This document shows, piece by piece, positions 44,760 through 54,686 of a stretch of DNA of 58,162 nucleotides. Below the pieces are notes generated by a model. It did no database searches, had not been told where the DNA came from, and saw nothing but the letters and a program-made list of their open reading frames with translations. The DNA comes from a virus (Duplodnaviria > Caudoviricetes), in IMG/VR virus record IMGVR_UViG_3300015076_000001, positions 1-58,162 of that record. One strand, written 5' to 3'. Positions within the stretch are counted from its first letter, which is position 1. Each line of letters begins with the position of its first letter. The translations under genes and the position numbers were made by a program.

Positions 44760-45565
44760 GAGGCCACGTCCTCAACCCGCAGGTGGTTGTGCAGCCACTC
44801 CAAGCCCTTGACCGTCACCCGGATCTGCGGCGGATCAAAGATCAGCTCAGCGGTACGCGGGTGGTAGTGGGACTGCGGAAGCTCCATCAGCCGACCTGAC
44901 TCGATCGCGGTCTGGTAGGCGCGCCACCGCTGGTCGGCGCGGCCCCGGAAGATCCAGCCGAGATCCGACAGAACGGTGAACAGGCGCCGCTCCCCGATCT
45001 TGATGTTGGGGTCGCGAGACAGCAGCTTCGCCGCGTCAGCCACGGACAAGTCACCGGCAGCAGTAGCGAGGGTGTTCCACGACTCGGCCGCCGGAGCCAG
45101 TGCCTTGACCTGCGCCTTAGCGGCGACCAATTCACGGGCGGTGTTGCCCAGGATCTCGACGACAGCGAGGACGCCCTCAGGGGTGGAGATGTCCGGGACC
45201 GCGACGGATGCAGCCGCGACGGCGGCGACTTCGCCACGGCGGTAGCGGGGCAGCAGGTCGGACGTCACCCAGCGCTTGAACTCCCGCGCTTCAGGCTTCG
45301 GCGACTGGAACACCAGGTCGTAGAGGCCGGACTCGTTGACGACCGTGACCTCTTGGACCTGCGGAGCGATACCCCGGAAGTACTGCGGAGTATCTGACCT
45401 GCGCAGACGGCGGACGTCCCGATCATCGACCCGGCGCAGCGCCGACGTGGTGTCCTTGAGGGCGCAGATCGCACAGACGTCGACCGCTAGGAACCACGGC
45501 TCGCCGTCCAGGATGAGGGTCCGGACCTCGTGGTCGCGGAAGGTGAACAGTTCGATCTCGCTCAT
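44756..45565 (-). CDS. Antirepressor, BRO-N + ANT/KilAC-like
   Basis: VRTLILDGEPWFLAVDVC, NESGLY, FKRWVT; SVADAAKLL, RVTVKGL. Confidence 0.92.
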   Translation of the reverse strand: MSEIELFTFRDHEVRTLILDGEPWFLAVDVCAICALKDTTSALRRVDDRDVRRLRRSDTPQYFRGIAPQVQEVTVVNESGLYDLVFQSPKPEAREFKRWVTSDLLPRYRRGEVAAVAAASVAVPDISTPEGVLAVVEILGNTARELVAAKAQVKALAPAAESWNTLATAAGDLSVADAAKLLSRDPNIKIGERRLFTVLSDLGWIFRGRADQRWRAYQTAIESGRLMELPQSHYHPRTAELIFDPPQIRVTVKGLEWLHNHLRVEDVAS

Positions 45566-45849
45566 CGGGTCGCCTCCGCGTTCTTGCTGGCCAGCGCGAA
45601 CTCAGCAAGCCGTTGGATCGCGTCAGCAGCCGCGTACATCGACTTCACGGTGTCGTAGGCCATGTCGGCCGCACGGCTGTCGCGTTGGCCATCGGCCCAC
45701 CGCTCCCGCGTCCGCGCCTTCTTTCGGAGTTCACTGGCGGCGTCGGCTACGCATCGGATGGCGAACGCGTCCAAGTCGACGTCACGGAGCGCTTCGGGCG
45801 GTGATCCGGGGTTCGGGTTGCCCTCTCCGGGGCGGATGAGCTCGCTCAC
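45562..45849 (-). CDS. Hypothetical protein
   Basis: 95 aa, coupled. Confidence 0.5.
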   Translation of the reverse strand: MSELIRPGEGNPNPGSPPEALRDVDLDAFAIRCVADAASELRKKARTRERWADGQRDSRAADMAYDTVKSMYAAADAIQRLAEFALASKNAEATR

Positions 45850-46217
45850 ACCGCACCGCCGCGCAGGATCGCCAGAGCCGACTCAGGCCAGTACGTGCCC
45901 GCGTCCCACGCGTCGTCCGCGGTCTCGTACCGCCAGCACTCCTCTACCTCTCCGTCAACGAGCAGGCCAGGAGCGGCCCAGACGGAGGCGAGGAAGACGT
46001 AGGTGTCGTCGGCCGGGACCGGTTCGCCATCGGCGAGGATCGGACCGCCGGTCGAACCCCAGTCCGACATCAGCCCGGCGTCGGCGTCGGTTATGCCGCG
46101 CTCGACGATGCGGCGGGCGGCGTCGTCCCAGTCGAACACACGCATGCGGGCGTGCTGGTTGGCCTCCGCGCGGACGAACGCGGCCATGGTGCCGATGTCG
46201 GCAGGAAGGTTGTTCAT
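45846..46217 (-). CDS. Hypothetical phage protein
   Basis: RVFDWDDAARRI..AGLMSDW..YVFLASVWA..WPESAL. Confidence 0.65.
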   Translation of the reverse strand: MNNLPADIGTMAAFVRAEANQHARMRVFDWDDAARRIVERGITDADAGLMSDWGSTGGPILADGEPVPADDTYVFLASVWAAPGLLVDGEVEECWRYETADDAWDAGTYWPESALAILRGGAV

Positions 46218-46456
46218 CAGAAGCTGTCCTCATCTGAGTTGGCGCGGAGCATCGCGCTGGTCATGCCGCCGGTGACGTCACGGCGGGCCTGGAAGTTGAT
46301 GGCGCCGATGGCGCGGTCGACCTGAGCGGCCCACCCATGGCCAACGGAGCCACAAGAACAGCGGCACGTGGCCGGGTGGGAGGTGGCGAGACGGCAGCTC
46401 GCGTCGTCGCAGATGTCCGGCAGGACCGTGGTGTCCTGGGTAAGTACGCTGGTCAA
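46217..46456 (-). CDS. Small Cys/His metal-binding protein
   Basis: GGAAGG + TTG; CDDASC..CRCSCG..HG. Confidence 0.55.
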   Translation of the reverse strand: MTSVLTQDTTVLPDICDDASCRLATSHPATCRCSCGSVGHGWAAQVDRAIGAINFQARRDVTGGMTSAMLRANSDEDSF

Positions 46457-46531
46457 CGTGACCCTTCCGTAGCGGTTGGTGTTGCCGCGGATCCCCGTCG
46501 TGTCTTGGCGGATGAGGCGGGGATCCGTGCT

Positions 46532-46629
46532 TGTTTCTGTCGCCACAGAATAGGCCCGAACGGGCCGGTTGCGCAAGTTGATCCGGCGTGTTTCTGTCGC
46601 TACACTTATGGCCATGGCCGTAGCGACAG
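46532..46629. promoter_or_regulatory. Repeated operator candidates in a divergent intergenic region
   Basis: TGTTTCTGTCGC(C/T)ACA at 46532 and 46589, inverted GTAGCGACAG at 46620, TTGCGCAA at 46569. Confidence 0.65.
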
Positions 46630-46670
46630 GACATTGCCCTGACCAGGGCGAACCGTCTACGGTCGCGACC

Positions 46671-46994
46671 ATGGTGGGGCGGCCGAAGACAGGAGTCACC
46701 TTCATCGCCCGCGTCCGCATCCCGAAACCGGAGTGGGACGCGATGGAGGCGGACGCCGAAGTCATTGGGCCCGACCGATCCAAGCTGATCAACGAGTTCG
46801 TCGACATGATCCGACGCGACCCCATCGCCTGGCGCGACGCCCGACGGGTCGCCACAGCACGCGGCGAGACCATCGTCGGCGTCGTCCTCAAGGCCCTGCG
46901 CTCGTACGTCGCCCGCAACCGTGAGCTGCTCATGCCGCCACCAACGGAGACCCGGCCGCCCGAGCAAGCCGCTCCCGAACTGCCCTCGTCCTGA
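46671..46994 (+). CDS. Tandem ribbon-helix-helix-like regulator
   Basis: GRPKTG..RVRIPKPEW..DRSKLI; second unit GETIVGVVLKALRSYV; TACGGT 7 nt before ATG (leaderless). Confidence 0.65.
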   Translation: MVGRPKTGVTFIARVRIPKPEWDAMEADAEVIGPDRSKLINEFVDMIRRDPIAWRDARRVATARGETIVGVVLKALRSYVARNRELLMPPPTETRPPEQAAPELPSS

Positions 46995-47262
46995 GCAGCT
47001 CTTGCTCGTACGCAATCGCCACCGCGTGCGCCCGATCCGTCGCACCGATCTGGCGCAACGTGCGCGCGACGTGACCCTTCACGGTGGCGAACGCGACGCC
47101 CAGATGGGCCGCGATCTGCTCATTCGTCCAGCCCTGCGCCACCCCGCACAGCACGTCGCACTGCCGAGATGTCAGCCCGAGAGCACGCGCTACCTGCTCG
47201 TCAACCCATCGCTCTCTTCCCTTTCCCTCTTCTTCTGGGGGGCGGGAACCGTCGGCGCTCAC
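46930..47262 (-). CDS. LuxR-type HTH protein
   Basis: LTSRQCDVL..GWTNEQIAAHLGVAFATVKGH..DRAHAVAIA. Confidence 0.85.
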   Translation of the reverse strand: MSADGSRPPEEEGKGRERWVDEQVARALGLTSRQCDVLCGVAQGWTNEQIAAHLGVAFATVKGHVARTLRQIGATDRAHAVAIAYEQELLRTRAVRERLARAAGSPLVAA

Positions 47263-47519
47263 GACGCCACCGCCCGACGATCGCGTTCACGCTGCGTCCG
47301 AGCAGTCGTGCACGGCACGCACCGGCACGAATAGTTGACATACGTGGAGTAGTCGCCGTGACGGACGTAAGCGCCCGGAGCGACAAGGCGGCCACCGACC
47401 ATCACCCGCGCGGCGCGCCTCTTGCGCTTGGCCTCACCCTGGTAGGCGTTGGCCGCCGCCCGGCACATGCCACAGCGGCATCTGTAGTTCACATAGGTGG
47501 AGTAGCTGCCGTGTTTCAC
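47259..47519 (-). CDS. Protein with two HGxYxxY..CRCxxC repeats
   Basis: HGSYSTYVNYRCRCGMC and HGDYSTYVNYSCRCVPC. Confidence 0.7.
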   Translation of the reverse strand: MKHGSYSTYVNYRCRCGMCRAAANAYQGEAKRKRRAARVMVGGRLVAPGAYVRHGDYSTYVNYSCRCVPCTTARTQRERDRRAVAS

Positions 47520-47791
47520 AACCGACCCCTGTAATCGACGTGGACGTCATCGACAGGCAGCCGCGGGTTCCCCCACGACGTCGACGGCCGCGGCGGAGGA
47601 CCCCCAAGAGTCGTGAGCCGAGCCCGGTCCGCCACATCGGCCCGCAACCGTTCGATCTCTTTGCCCCGCCGGTCGTACTCGGCCATGACCGCTTGCGCGT
47701 CTACTCCGAGTGGTGACTGCTCACTGGCGAGGATGCGGAGCGCGTTCTCGTGGGCTCGCAGGAAACCGGCGGCCTGCTCGTCGGCGGTCAC
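47516..47791 (-). CDS. Hypothetical protein
   Basis: 91 aa, coupled. Confidence 0.5.
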   Translation of the reverse strand: MTADEQAAGFLRAHENALRILASEQSPLGVDAQAVMAEYDRRGKEIERLRADVADRARLTTLGGPPPRPSTSWGNPRLPVDDVHVDYRGRL

Positions 47792-49116
47792 GCGGCCACC
47801 TCGAGCTCGACAACCTCAGCGCCGGTGGCGCGGGTTCCCCAGTTGGTGGAGCGCAGCGTGCACAGCGACCAGATCCGCAGCGGCAGCAACACGAGGACGT
47901 GCAACATCCCGTACAAGGGGGCGAGCAGGAACACCGCCAACTGCTGGACGCGGGGATAGTCGGGGCGGCGCACCGAGAACACGTGGACGGATCGGGCGTA
48001 GCCACCCAACGTGACCCACACGAGGTAGTCCACGACATGCACCTCGCCGGTGATGGCGGGCAACACGAACAGGGTGAAGAACAGTCCACCGGTGAAGCCT
48101 GCCCACGACACGGTCTCCACCAATGCAAGCCACCAGGCGGGACGACGCGGGGACAGATGAGTCAGCGACCACAGGGACTCGCGGAAGAACGACCGGCCCC
48201 AGCGAATCTGTTGACGGATCAGATGCCCGCCCTTCTCCGGGACGGCGGTGCGCGCGACCGCCGAGTGGGCGAGCACAACCCGCCCGTGCAGCAGCGACAG
48301 GTTGGTGAGGTGGCGGTCGTCGCCGTACGTGGCGGGCTGGCCCAGGAAGGTTTGCCCCAGGAAGTCCTCGAGGTGAGCCTTGACGATGTCGGCCCGCCAA
48401 AACGCCAACGACCCGCACACGCACAGCACCGCACCCAACCTCGAGTAGGCGGCCCGCTCGTACAGGAACGCGTTCACATACCGCAGGTCCAACAGCCGCG
48501 GCAGCAGCCCGGAAGCATGGTTGAGCGCGACAACGGTTCCGGTGACAGCGGCGGTACGCGGGTCGGTGAACGGCGCCAACCCCTCCCGGATCGCGCCGGG
48601 CTCGAGCACGGTGTCGGAGTCGACACACACGAACACATCCACCAGGTCGGCGAGCTCGGCGAACGCCCGCCCCATCGCGGCCCGCTTGCCCGCGTTGTGC
48701 TGCCACACCACCGTCGCCCCTCGAACCCTCGAGGCCCAATCGGTGGCGACCCCATAGGCAGCGGGATCAGTGGAACCGTCATCGACGATCCGCACGAACA
48801 CGGGCTGATGCGTTTGACGACCGATCGACTTGAGGCAGCGGGCCAGCGTGGCGGGATCCTCGTTGAAGATCGGCACCACCACGCACACCCGCGTCGTCGA
48901 CAGCGCGGGCGACCACTGCTGCGGCGGCGCCAGTGACAGCCCCAGCTTCACCGCCAGCAGCACACCCACCGTTGCGCCATAAACGCCCCACACGTGGGCG
49001 CTGTGCGCCAGCCACACGACGGCCACTGAGGTGATGAGGGTGGCGACGGCGAGGGTTGCGGCAGGGTTGGGGCGGGTGGTGATCTCGACCAGCCGCAACC
49101 GGTGACGGCCGCTCAC
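47788..49116 (-). CDS. Processive membrane GT2 glycosyltransferase, hyaluronan synthase/NodC-like
   Basis: DDGS, NAGKR, DSD, QTFLGQPATYGDDRHLTN, QQIRWGRSFFRE, C-terminal WGTR; N- and C-terminal TM helices. Confidence 0.9.
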   Translation of the reverse strand: MSGRHRLRLVEITTRPNPAATLAVATLITSVAVVWLAHSAHVWGVYGATVGVLLAVKLGLSLAPPQQWSPALSTTRVCVVVPIFNEDPATLARCLKSIGRQTHQPVFVRIVDDGSTDPAAYGVATDWASRVRGATVVWQHNAGKRAAMGRAFAELADLVDVFVCVDSDTVLEPGAIREGLAPFTDPRTAAVTGTVVALNHASGLLPRLLDLRYVNAFLYERAAYSRLGAVLCVCGSLAFWRADIVKAHLEDFLGQTFLGQPATYGDDRHLTNLSLLHGRVVLAHSAVARTAVPEKGGHLIRQQIRWGRSFFRESLWSLTHLSPRRPAWWLALVETVSWAGFTGGLFFTLFVLPAITGEVHVVDYLVWVTLGGYARSVHVFSVRRPDYPRVQQLAVFLLAPLYGMLHVLVLLPLRIWSLCTLRSTNWGTRATGAEVVELEVAA

Positions 49117-49225
49117 GTCTCGCCCCCTGCGCAGTCCATGTCGCATTCGTCGTCGGAATGCCAGACGGCGCAGTCCGCACGATGAATCGGGCCTGGGGTG
49201 TCGTCGTCCTCGACGGCCAGGGCGG

Positions 49226-49940
49226 TCATGACACACCGCCCGTGCTGTAGCCGTCCACCGCGTCGACCAGGGCCTGCAAGGTGGGGTCGTCGAGGGCGTC
49301 GAGCCTGCGGGCGGTCGTCGTCACATACACCGCTGCGGCGTCCGCTATGGGGCGCAGCTGCTGCACCTCACGCGCTAGCAGGTAGGCGGAACTACCCGGT
49401 CGGGCCTGGGTCAGGCCGTAATGCAGGGCAGCCTCAAGAGGAGTGGTCACGACGCCACCGCCTTGGTGGGCCTCACGTACCAGGTGCGGTCGTTCTCCGC
49501 GAGCGCCCAGCCGTCACCGGCGGGGCGCATGCGAACGCCCTGGAGGTAGACGGTGTCGCCCTCCATGGTGGCGTCGACGGGCACAAACCCGGGCCAGCGA
49601 CTCCCAACCCTGATGAAGATGGCGGCGTAGGCATGGGCGCGTTCCAGAGCGGTCATGAGGTCACCGCGTCGAGCTCGAGCCCCGTGATCTCGCGCGCCTC
49701 ACCCAAAGTGGGACGCCGGGTATCAGCGTGGACACCGACGGATTCCGCCCACACCGACGACAGCGACAGGCACACCCGCATGTCGCAGCACAACCGGTAG
49801 TGCGGCTCCACGTCCCAACCGTCAGAGCCGTCGACGGCGACGATGGCCTCGATCAGCCAGGCGATAGGCCGGTCGCCGCATACCCAGCAGGTGGCGACGC
49901 GAGGTGCGATACGGCGCCAGAGGCGCAGGAGGGCGCTCAT
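49226..49940 (-). other. Three small coupled hypothetical genes (49226-49450, 49447-49656, 49653-49940)
   Basis: 4-nt overlaps. Confidence 0.5.
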
Positions 49941-50377
49941 GCCGACACCGCGCTCTTCCGGGCGTTACGCCGCTTCAAGGACCGTCGCTCGTCTTCGCTC
50001 AGGCCGCCGAAGACGCCCGCGTCGAGACCGTTCGCCATCGCGTAGTCAAGACATTCGCTGACCACCGGGCACCGAGCACAGACCGCCTTGGCGTCGGCGA
50101 GCTCCAAGAGAGCGGGCCCGGACGTCCCCACTGGGAAGAAGCGGTCCGGGTAGACCTCGCCACGACATGCCGCGCGGTGGCGCCAGTCGTCACCTCCGCC
50201 GCTCCGGCGCTCCCCCGCAGGCTGCTTGGCGACCTTCCCGGCCCGGCGATCCTTGGCGCAGTCCACGGAGCAGGTGATCTGCGGCGCCCACTTCGACGGG
50301 GAACAGGAACGCGGCCGGTAGAAACGGTCCCCGCAGGCGGGGCAGGTTTTGAACTCGGCGAAGAAGTCGGCCATCAC
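49937..50377 (-). CDS. whiB: WhiB-family regulator with extra N-terminal zinc finger
   Basis: WRHRAAC..FFP..AKAVCARCPV..C..GVFGGLSEDERR; N-terminal CPAC..CSVDC. Confidence 0.92.
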   Translation of the reverse strand: MMADFFAEFKTCPACGDRFYRPRSCSPSKWAPQITCSVDCAKDRRAGKVAKQPAGERRSGGGDDWRHRAACRGEVYPDRFFPVGTSGPALLELADAKAVCARCPVVSECLDYAMANGLDAGVFGGLSEDERRSLKRRNARKSAVSA

Positions 50378-50979
50378 GATCCGACCTCGACAGGCACCGG
50401 GTCGACAAAACGGACCGGCTTACCCAGGGTTGCCGCATACGACACTTCCAGCAGCGACCACCGACCCAGGGTTCCGTCCGGGCGGGGGACCACCACGATC
50501 TCATCCGCCGTAGCCAGGTAGGGCTTGTAAGCCTCCACCGCAGCGGGCTCGTCTGTGTCGGCAGCGAAACGGGGGATGGCGATGACGTCGCGGCCCGCCC
50601 TGGTCTCAGCGGCGGCGACAGCGTGAAGCAGCCCCGGGTGAAACAGCGACCCGATGATCGCCACCTTTACCCGCCGGTCCCCGTCCAGAACCCGACGCAC
50701 CGCGTGAATCGCCCAGACAAACGGGGCATCCAGGGTTTGCACCTCGACGCTCAGATCGTCGAACGCGATGAGGCTGCGATGTTCCGGACGGTCCACGGTG
50801 GTCGCCAAGGACCAGGCGTCGTGAACATCCTCCAACGTGGTCGCGGCACCCTTTGTCAGGACGAGGAGGGCGTACAGCCGCCCCATCTCACCGGGGAGGG
50901 GCGAATGGCCGTGCCGTGTCAGTTCCTCGTTGAGGAGGTCAACAACCCGGTCGACGTAGTTGGTTTCGGTGGCGGTCAC
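50374..50979 (-). CDS. RyR-like domain fused to nucleoside-deoxyribosyltransferase-like domain
   Basis: VHDAW..HRSLIAFDDLS.EVQTLD; KVAIIGS..ADEIVVV..DGTLG....EVSYA..LGKPV. Confidence 0.55.
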   Translation of the reverse strand: MTATETNYVDRVVDLLNEELTRHGHSPLPGEMGRLYALLVLTKGAATTLEDVHDAWSLATTVDRPEHRSLIAFDDLSVEVQTLDAPFVWAIHAVRRVLDGDRRVKVAIIGSLFHPGLLHAVAAAETRAGRDVIAIPRFAADTDEPAAVEAYKPYLATADEIVVVPRPDGTLGRWSLLEVSYAATLGKPVRFVDPVPVEVGS

Positions 50980-51521
50980 GACGAGGTCTCCTTGACGAGG
51001 CGGGGGCGATAGGACGGGAGAGCGGTGGTGCGCTCCACGCCGTCATGGCCGGGTGAGGGCTGGTGGTGACGCCCGCTGTCCGGCAGGGAAAGGACGGGCG
51101 CGGGAGTGCGAATCACCTGCTGCTCGACGCTCGGGCGCACGGGAGGGGCGGGCAGGGGCCAGACCGACGGAGAACGGTTGCCCAGGTCCGGGGCGAGCGG
51201 TGCCGAGACGGGCGTGGGCATGGGTTGGAACACCTGCGGCCCAGCGGCGTCGACAGCGGGCGGGGAGAACTCGCCCGTTGCCACCCGTTCCGCCATCTCC
51301 TGACGGGTCGACTGCACGGGATGGGCCCGGGTGGCGCTCTCCGCGGTCGCGACCCGACGCACTTCGGCTTCGGTGAGCGCGGCGGTGACGGACTCGGCGC
51401 GACCCGAACGGCGCCCGGCCCAGTGGCCCAGAGCGAAGAAGACGGCGAGGACCACACCCGCCACGGTGAGCAGGATTGTCAAGGCTGGGTCGGTGTTGAG
51501 GGGGGTGATGAGGTCGTTCAC
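50976..51521 (-). CDS. Single-TM protein with Pro-rich tail
   Basis: TM LTILLTVAGVVLAVFFALG. Confidence 0.55.
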   Translation of the reverse strand: MNDLITPLNTDPALTILLTVAGVVLAVFFALGHWAGRRSGRAESVTAALTEAEVRRVATAESATRAHPVQSTRQEMAERVATGEFSPPAVDAAGPQVFQPMPTPVSAPLAPDLGNRSPSVWPLPAPPVRPSVEQQVIRTPAPVLSLPDSGRHHQPSPGHDGVERTTALPSYRPRLVKETSS

Positions 51522-53010
51522 GAAACGTCTCCAGGTGAAGGCGGGGTTTCCCCGCCGAGATGGGGGGCGGCGGCGGCACGCAGGGCCGCGAGAGAACCCG
51601 GCGCCAGCCGCAGCACAAGGTGCGTGGTGCCGTCCTGGTCACCGATAGAGACGGTGTGACGGCCATCCCCGCGGGCGGCGATACGGACCGGGTGGGAGGC
51701 GAAATCAGCGGTGACGTAGATGGTGCAATCGGTGATCGTCGGCGGGGCGGTCACGGCGTCGCCTCGGGGGCGTCAGTCCACGGGCCAGTGCGGATCTCGC
51801 GGCGGACGGCCACACCGGAATCGGTCGGGTCCGCCGCTACGACGCGCGCCGCCTCCTCGTCCTCGTAGTAGTCGTCGACGTCGTCTTCGCGATAGCGGAC
51901 ACCCCACTCGACGCGCACCTGGCCCGCGTCCAACTCGGCGACCCGGGAGCGGAGGTAGGCCAGCTCCTGTCGCATGCCCACCACGCCGAGGTAGCCGAGG
52001 AACGAGCGGGCGATGTGTTCGGAGTCGGCTACGCCGCCGTTCATCAGGTTGCGAAGGTGCCGGGCCAGCGCCCCCACCTCGACGTCGGCGGGCTGCGACG
52101 GTGCGTCGCGGTGTGCGGCAGTCAGCCACACCGCGTCAGCAGGCAGCTCACGGATGATCGCCCAGCCGTCACCGTCGGCCGACCACGCCAGCGGGACAGT
52201 GGCGACGGTGGCGTCGATGAGGCCGTGCTGGGAGTGCTCATCACCGGCGGCGGCGTTGAGGTGCTCGGCCAGCGACGGGGACCAATAAAGAACCGGCGGC
52301 AGGGTCATGTCCGGTCCTCGACGGGAACCAGACGCCACGACGCCGCGCTCACGGAGGGGCCACCGTCGGGCGTGTAGCTGACGCTGAGCACATCTCCGTC
52401 AATGGACCACCCGAAGTAGCCCATGACGTCGTCGCCGTCGTTGTAGTCGGAGCTGGCGTCTTCTCCGTACTCGGAGAGGATCGCGAGCATCTGCTGCGCG
52501 TTCACGAGACACCCCCGATGGTGTTGAACGCGCAACCGGGGTTGTGCGGGCTGCCGTAAGGGGCTCCGCAGCTGATGCAGGTAATGGCGGACAGGAGCCG
52601 CAGCAGGCGCCTCATGCCACCACCGCCACGTGTGCCGGGTTGGTGCAGCCCCGGACGGAGCAGGCGGAGAAGGTGCCGACCCAGGTGCAGCGGGGCAGGG
52701 CGTCCAACGCCTGCTGACGGTCCAGTTCCGCGAGAGCACCGGACGCGGTGAACGCGCGCGCCTTCGGCAGGGACACCTCACCGCGGAGCTCGCGGCCGGT
52801 GGGCGTGTGCCGCACCGTCCATGTGGAGCCCGCGTTCTCGGCGCGGAAGTACAGCCACACGCCATCGGCGGAGCGGCAGGAGGCGATCTCCTCACGCTGC
52901 TTGCGGAGGTCGATCAGGGTCATGATCGTGGTCTGGTCGATGTCGGTGAGACCGACTCGGGGGGCCGCCGCAGTGAAGCGGGGGCGGGTGGGGCAGGCCG
53001 TTTGGTGCAT
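51518..53010 (-). other. Run of small coupled early genes (51518-51754, 51751-52308, 52305-52505, 52502-52615, 52612-53010)
   Basis: 4-nt overlaps downstream of the operator at 53.05 kb. Confidence 0.55.
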
Positions 53011-53030
53011 GACGCAATCAGAGCATAAGT

Positions 53031-53070
53031 CTGCGCATATTGCTAGTGATTCTTGCGCGTGTTGCGCAAC
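53031..53070 (-). promoter_or_regulatory. Operator/promoter, copy of the switch operator
   Basis: TCTTGCGCGTGTTGCGCA matches TCTTGCGCATGTTGCGCA at 55033; third TGCGCA in a similar position. Confidence 0.7.
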
Positions 53071-53128
53071 TGAGATCCACTCTTACCTGTAGACGTGCAG
53101 CGCGTCCCACGGTTGCCTGGACAGCGAA

Positions 53129-53167
53129 GAACCCCCGCTGCCTGTGCACCTCAGGCGGCGGGGGTTC
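53129..53167 (-). terminator. Intrinsic terminator-like hairpin
   Basis: GAACCCCCGCTGCCTG/CAGGCGGCGGGGGTTC, followed by UUC on the minus strand. Confidence 0.65.
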
Positions 53168-53216
53168 GTGGCACCCGACAGACCCCGGAGGGGGCCGGAC
53201 CTGTCGGGGGGTTCTA

Positions 53217-53324
53217 TGTCATGGTGGGCGGTGGCAGCGACGTCCCCAGTCCATGTCGGGCCTAACCGTCCTTCGGCCCTCCCGCAAAATGCCACCCTCA
53301 CCGGGCGAGCGGCCCACCATGACA
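53217..53324 (-). ncRNA. Candidate structured RNA (three-way junction)
   Basis: 13-bp perfect closing stem, 7-bp inner stem GGTGGCA/TGCCACC, further inner helices; no convincing ORF. Confidence 0.4.
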
Positions 53325-53329
53325 AGCTC

Positions 53330-54686
53330 TTAGGCGATCCGGCTCAGCCGGGGCACAGCGATCGGACCAGGCGCCCGGTTCCACAGCCACGGCGCCCAAC
53401 GCCGCCGGAACGCCTCCCGCCCGACGGCATCATCATCGCCCGGCAGGTCAGCCGCCTCCCTGAGAAGGAGAGCCGCTACGGCTTGATCGTGCGGGTCGAA
53501 CACGATGGACCTGATAGGTAGGGTCGACATAACTCGGTCATCTTTCGTGAGGTTGGACATGATGGGGCCGAGCGCGGAACCGGTAACTGCCGCGCTCAGC
53601 ACGCAGGATGGCGTTCTCCGCGGCCAGGTAGGCAGTCAACTGCCGCTCATCCTCCAACGCGCGCTCGGTGGCGCACAGCCCCACGTGCAGCCGGCGCATC
53701 CGCGCCCGCAGCCACGCTTCCGCCTCGTCGTAGGTCAGGGTCAACTCGGTGGCCGTCATCGGGGAAGCTCCGCCGCACGACGGTCAAGGTAGGGCCGGGT
53801 GCGGGGGACCGGGTCCGGACACTCACCGGATGACCGGTTCGCAGCCAGGTGCCGGACACGTTCCCGTTCCAGTTCGGCCGCGTGCACGGCGTCCAGGGCC
53901 GCGGTCAGCCGGTCCCGGTCGCGGCGAACCTCCTCTAACTGGGCGGCCCACAACTGTTCGGCCCGACCGAACGCGCGGATGCGTTCGTGTAGTTCGAGGA
54001 TGTAGAGCCGGACGGCTTCCACGTGCGGCACCCGGACGGGGCGGATGGCAGGCCCGGCGAGGAGTTCCAGGTGATGTTCGAGTTGGCGGACGGCGAGCTC
54101 ATCAGACACGGGCAAGCTCCTCCTTCCACAACGCGAAGTGCTCGGCCTCGGTCAAGACCTGGTCCGCGTGGCCGATGACGGCGCCCACAACCCGGCCGAT
54201 GACGGCGGCGATAACGAGCCATCCGGCGCCGATCCATACGAGCACGGTCACAGCCACGCTCCTTGAAGGCCGGCCAGGATGATGCGGGTGAACAGGTCAG
54301 GGCCAACGGCGTTGCGGTGCGCCGGCATGCGGGTCAGGGTGGCCGGGCCGCGCAAGGGGAGGGCGCGGTGGCGGGGCAGGCGGGCTTTACGGTGTCGTCC
54401 GCTGCGGGGTCTAGGCTGCGGGAGACTCATGATTCGGGCAGGCCGCCTTTCCGTGGGTTACTGATGCGGGGCTCTCTGTGATGTCGGGGGGTCCCGCATC
54501 ACCACGTTCGCACACCTATGCGGCTGCGTTAACTTCTGGCTGCGCGCAGGTGAACACTCTGCGTAACACTTCGATCTGTTCCGGGGTGGGGTCGGGGGCG
54601 TCGTCGGCGAGAGCTCTGGCGTGGGCCGCAAGATCAGGACCTAGCGCGGCCGCGGACTCGGCGACGGTCGGGAGCCGGGTGTTCAT
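53330..54686 (-). other. Small immediate-early genes (53330-53530, 53538-53759, 53756-54115, 54102-54251 TM, 54248-54430, 54516-54686)
   Basis: Tightly packed ORFs downstream of the Cro-like gene. Confidence 0.5.

Noticed and set aside
49098-54430. Recurrent SGRH(R/H) peptide in three early proteins (GT2 N-terminus, 50976-51521, 54248-54430)
   Set aside because: Short, GC-codon-favoured motif; not enough evidence of shared function
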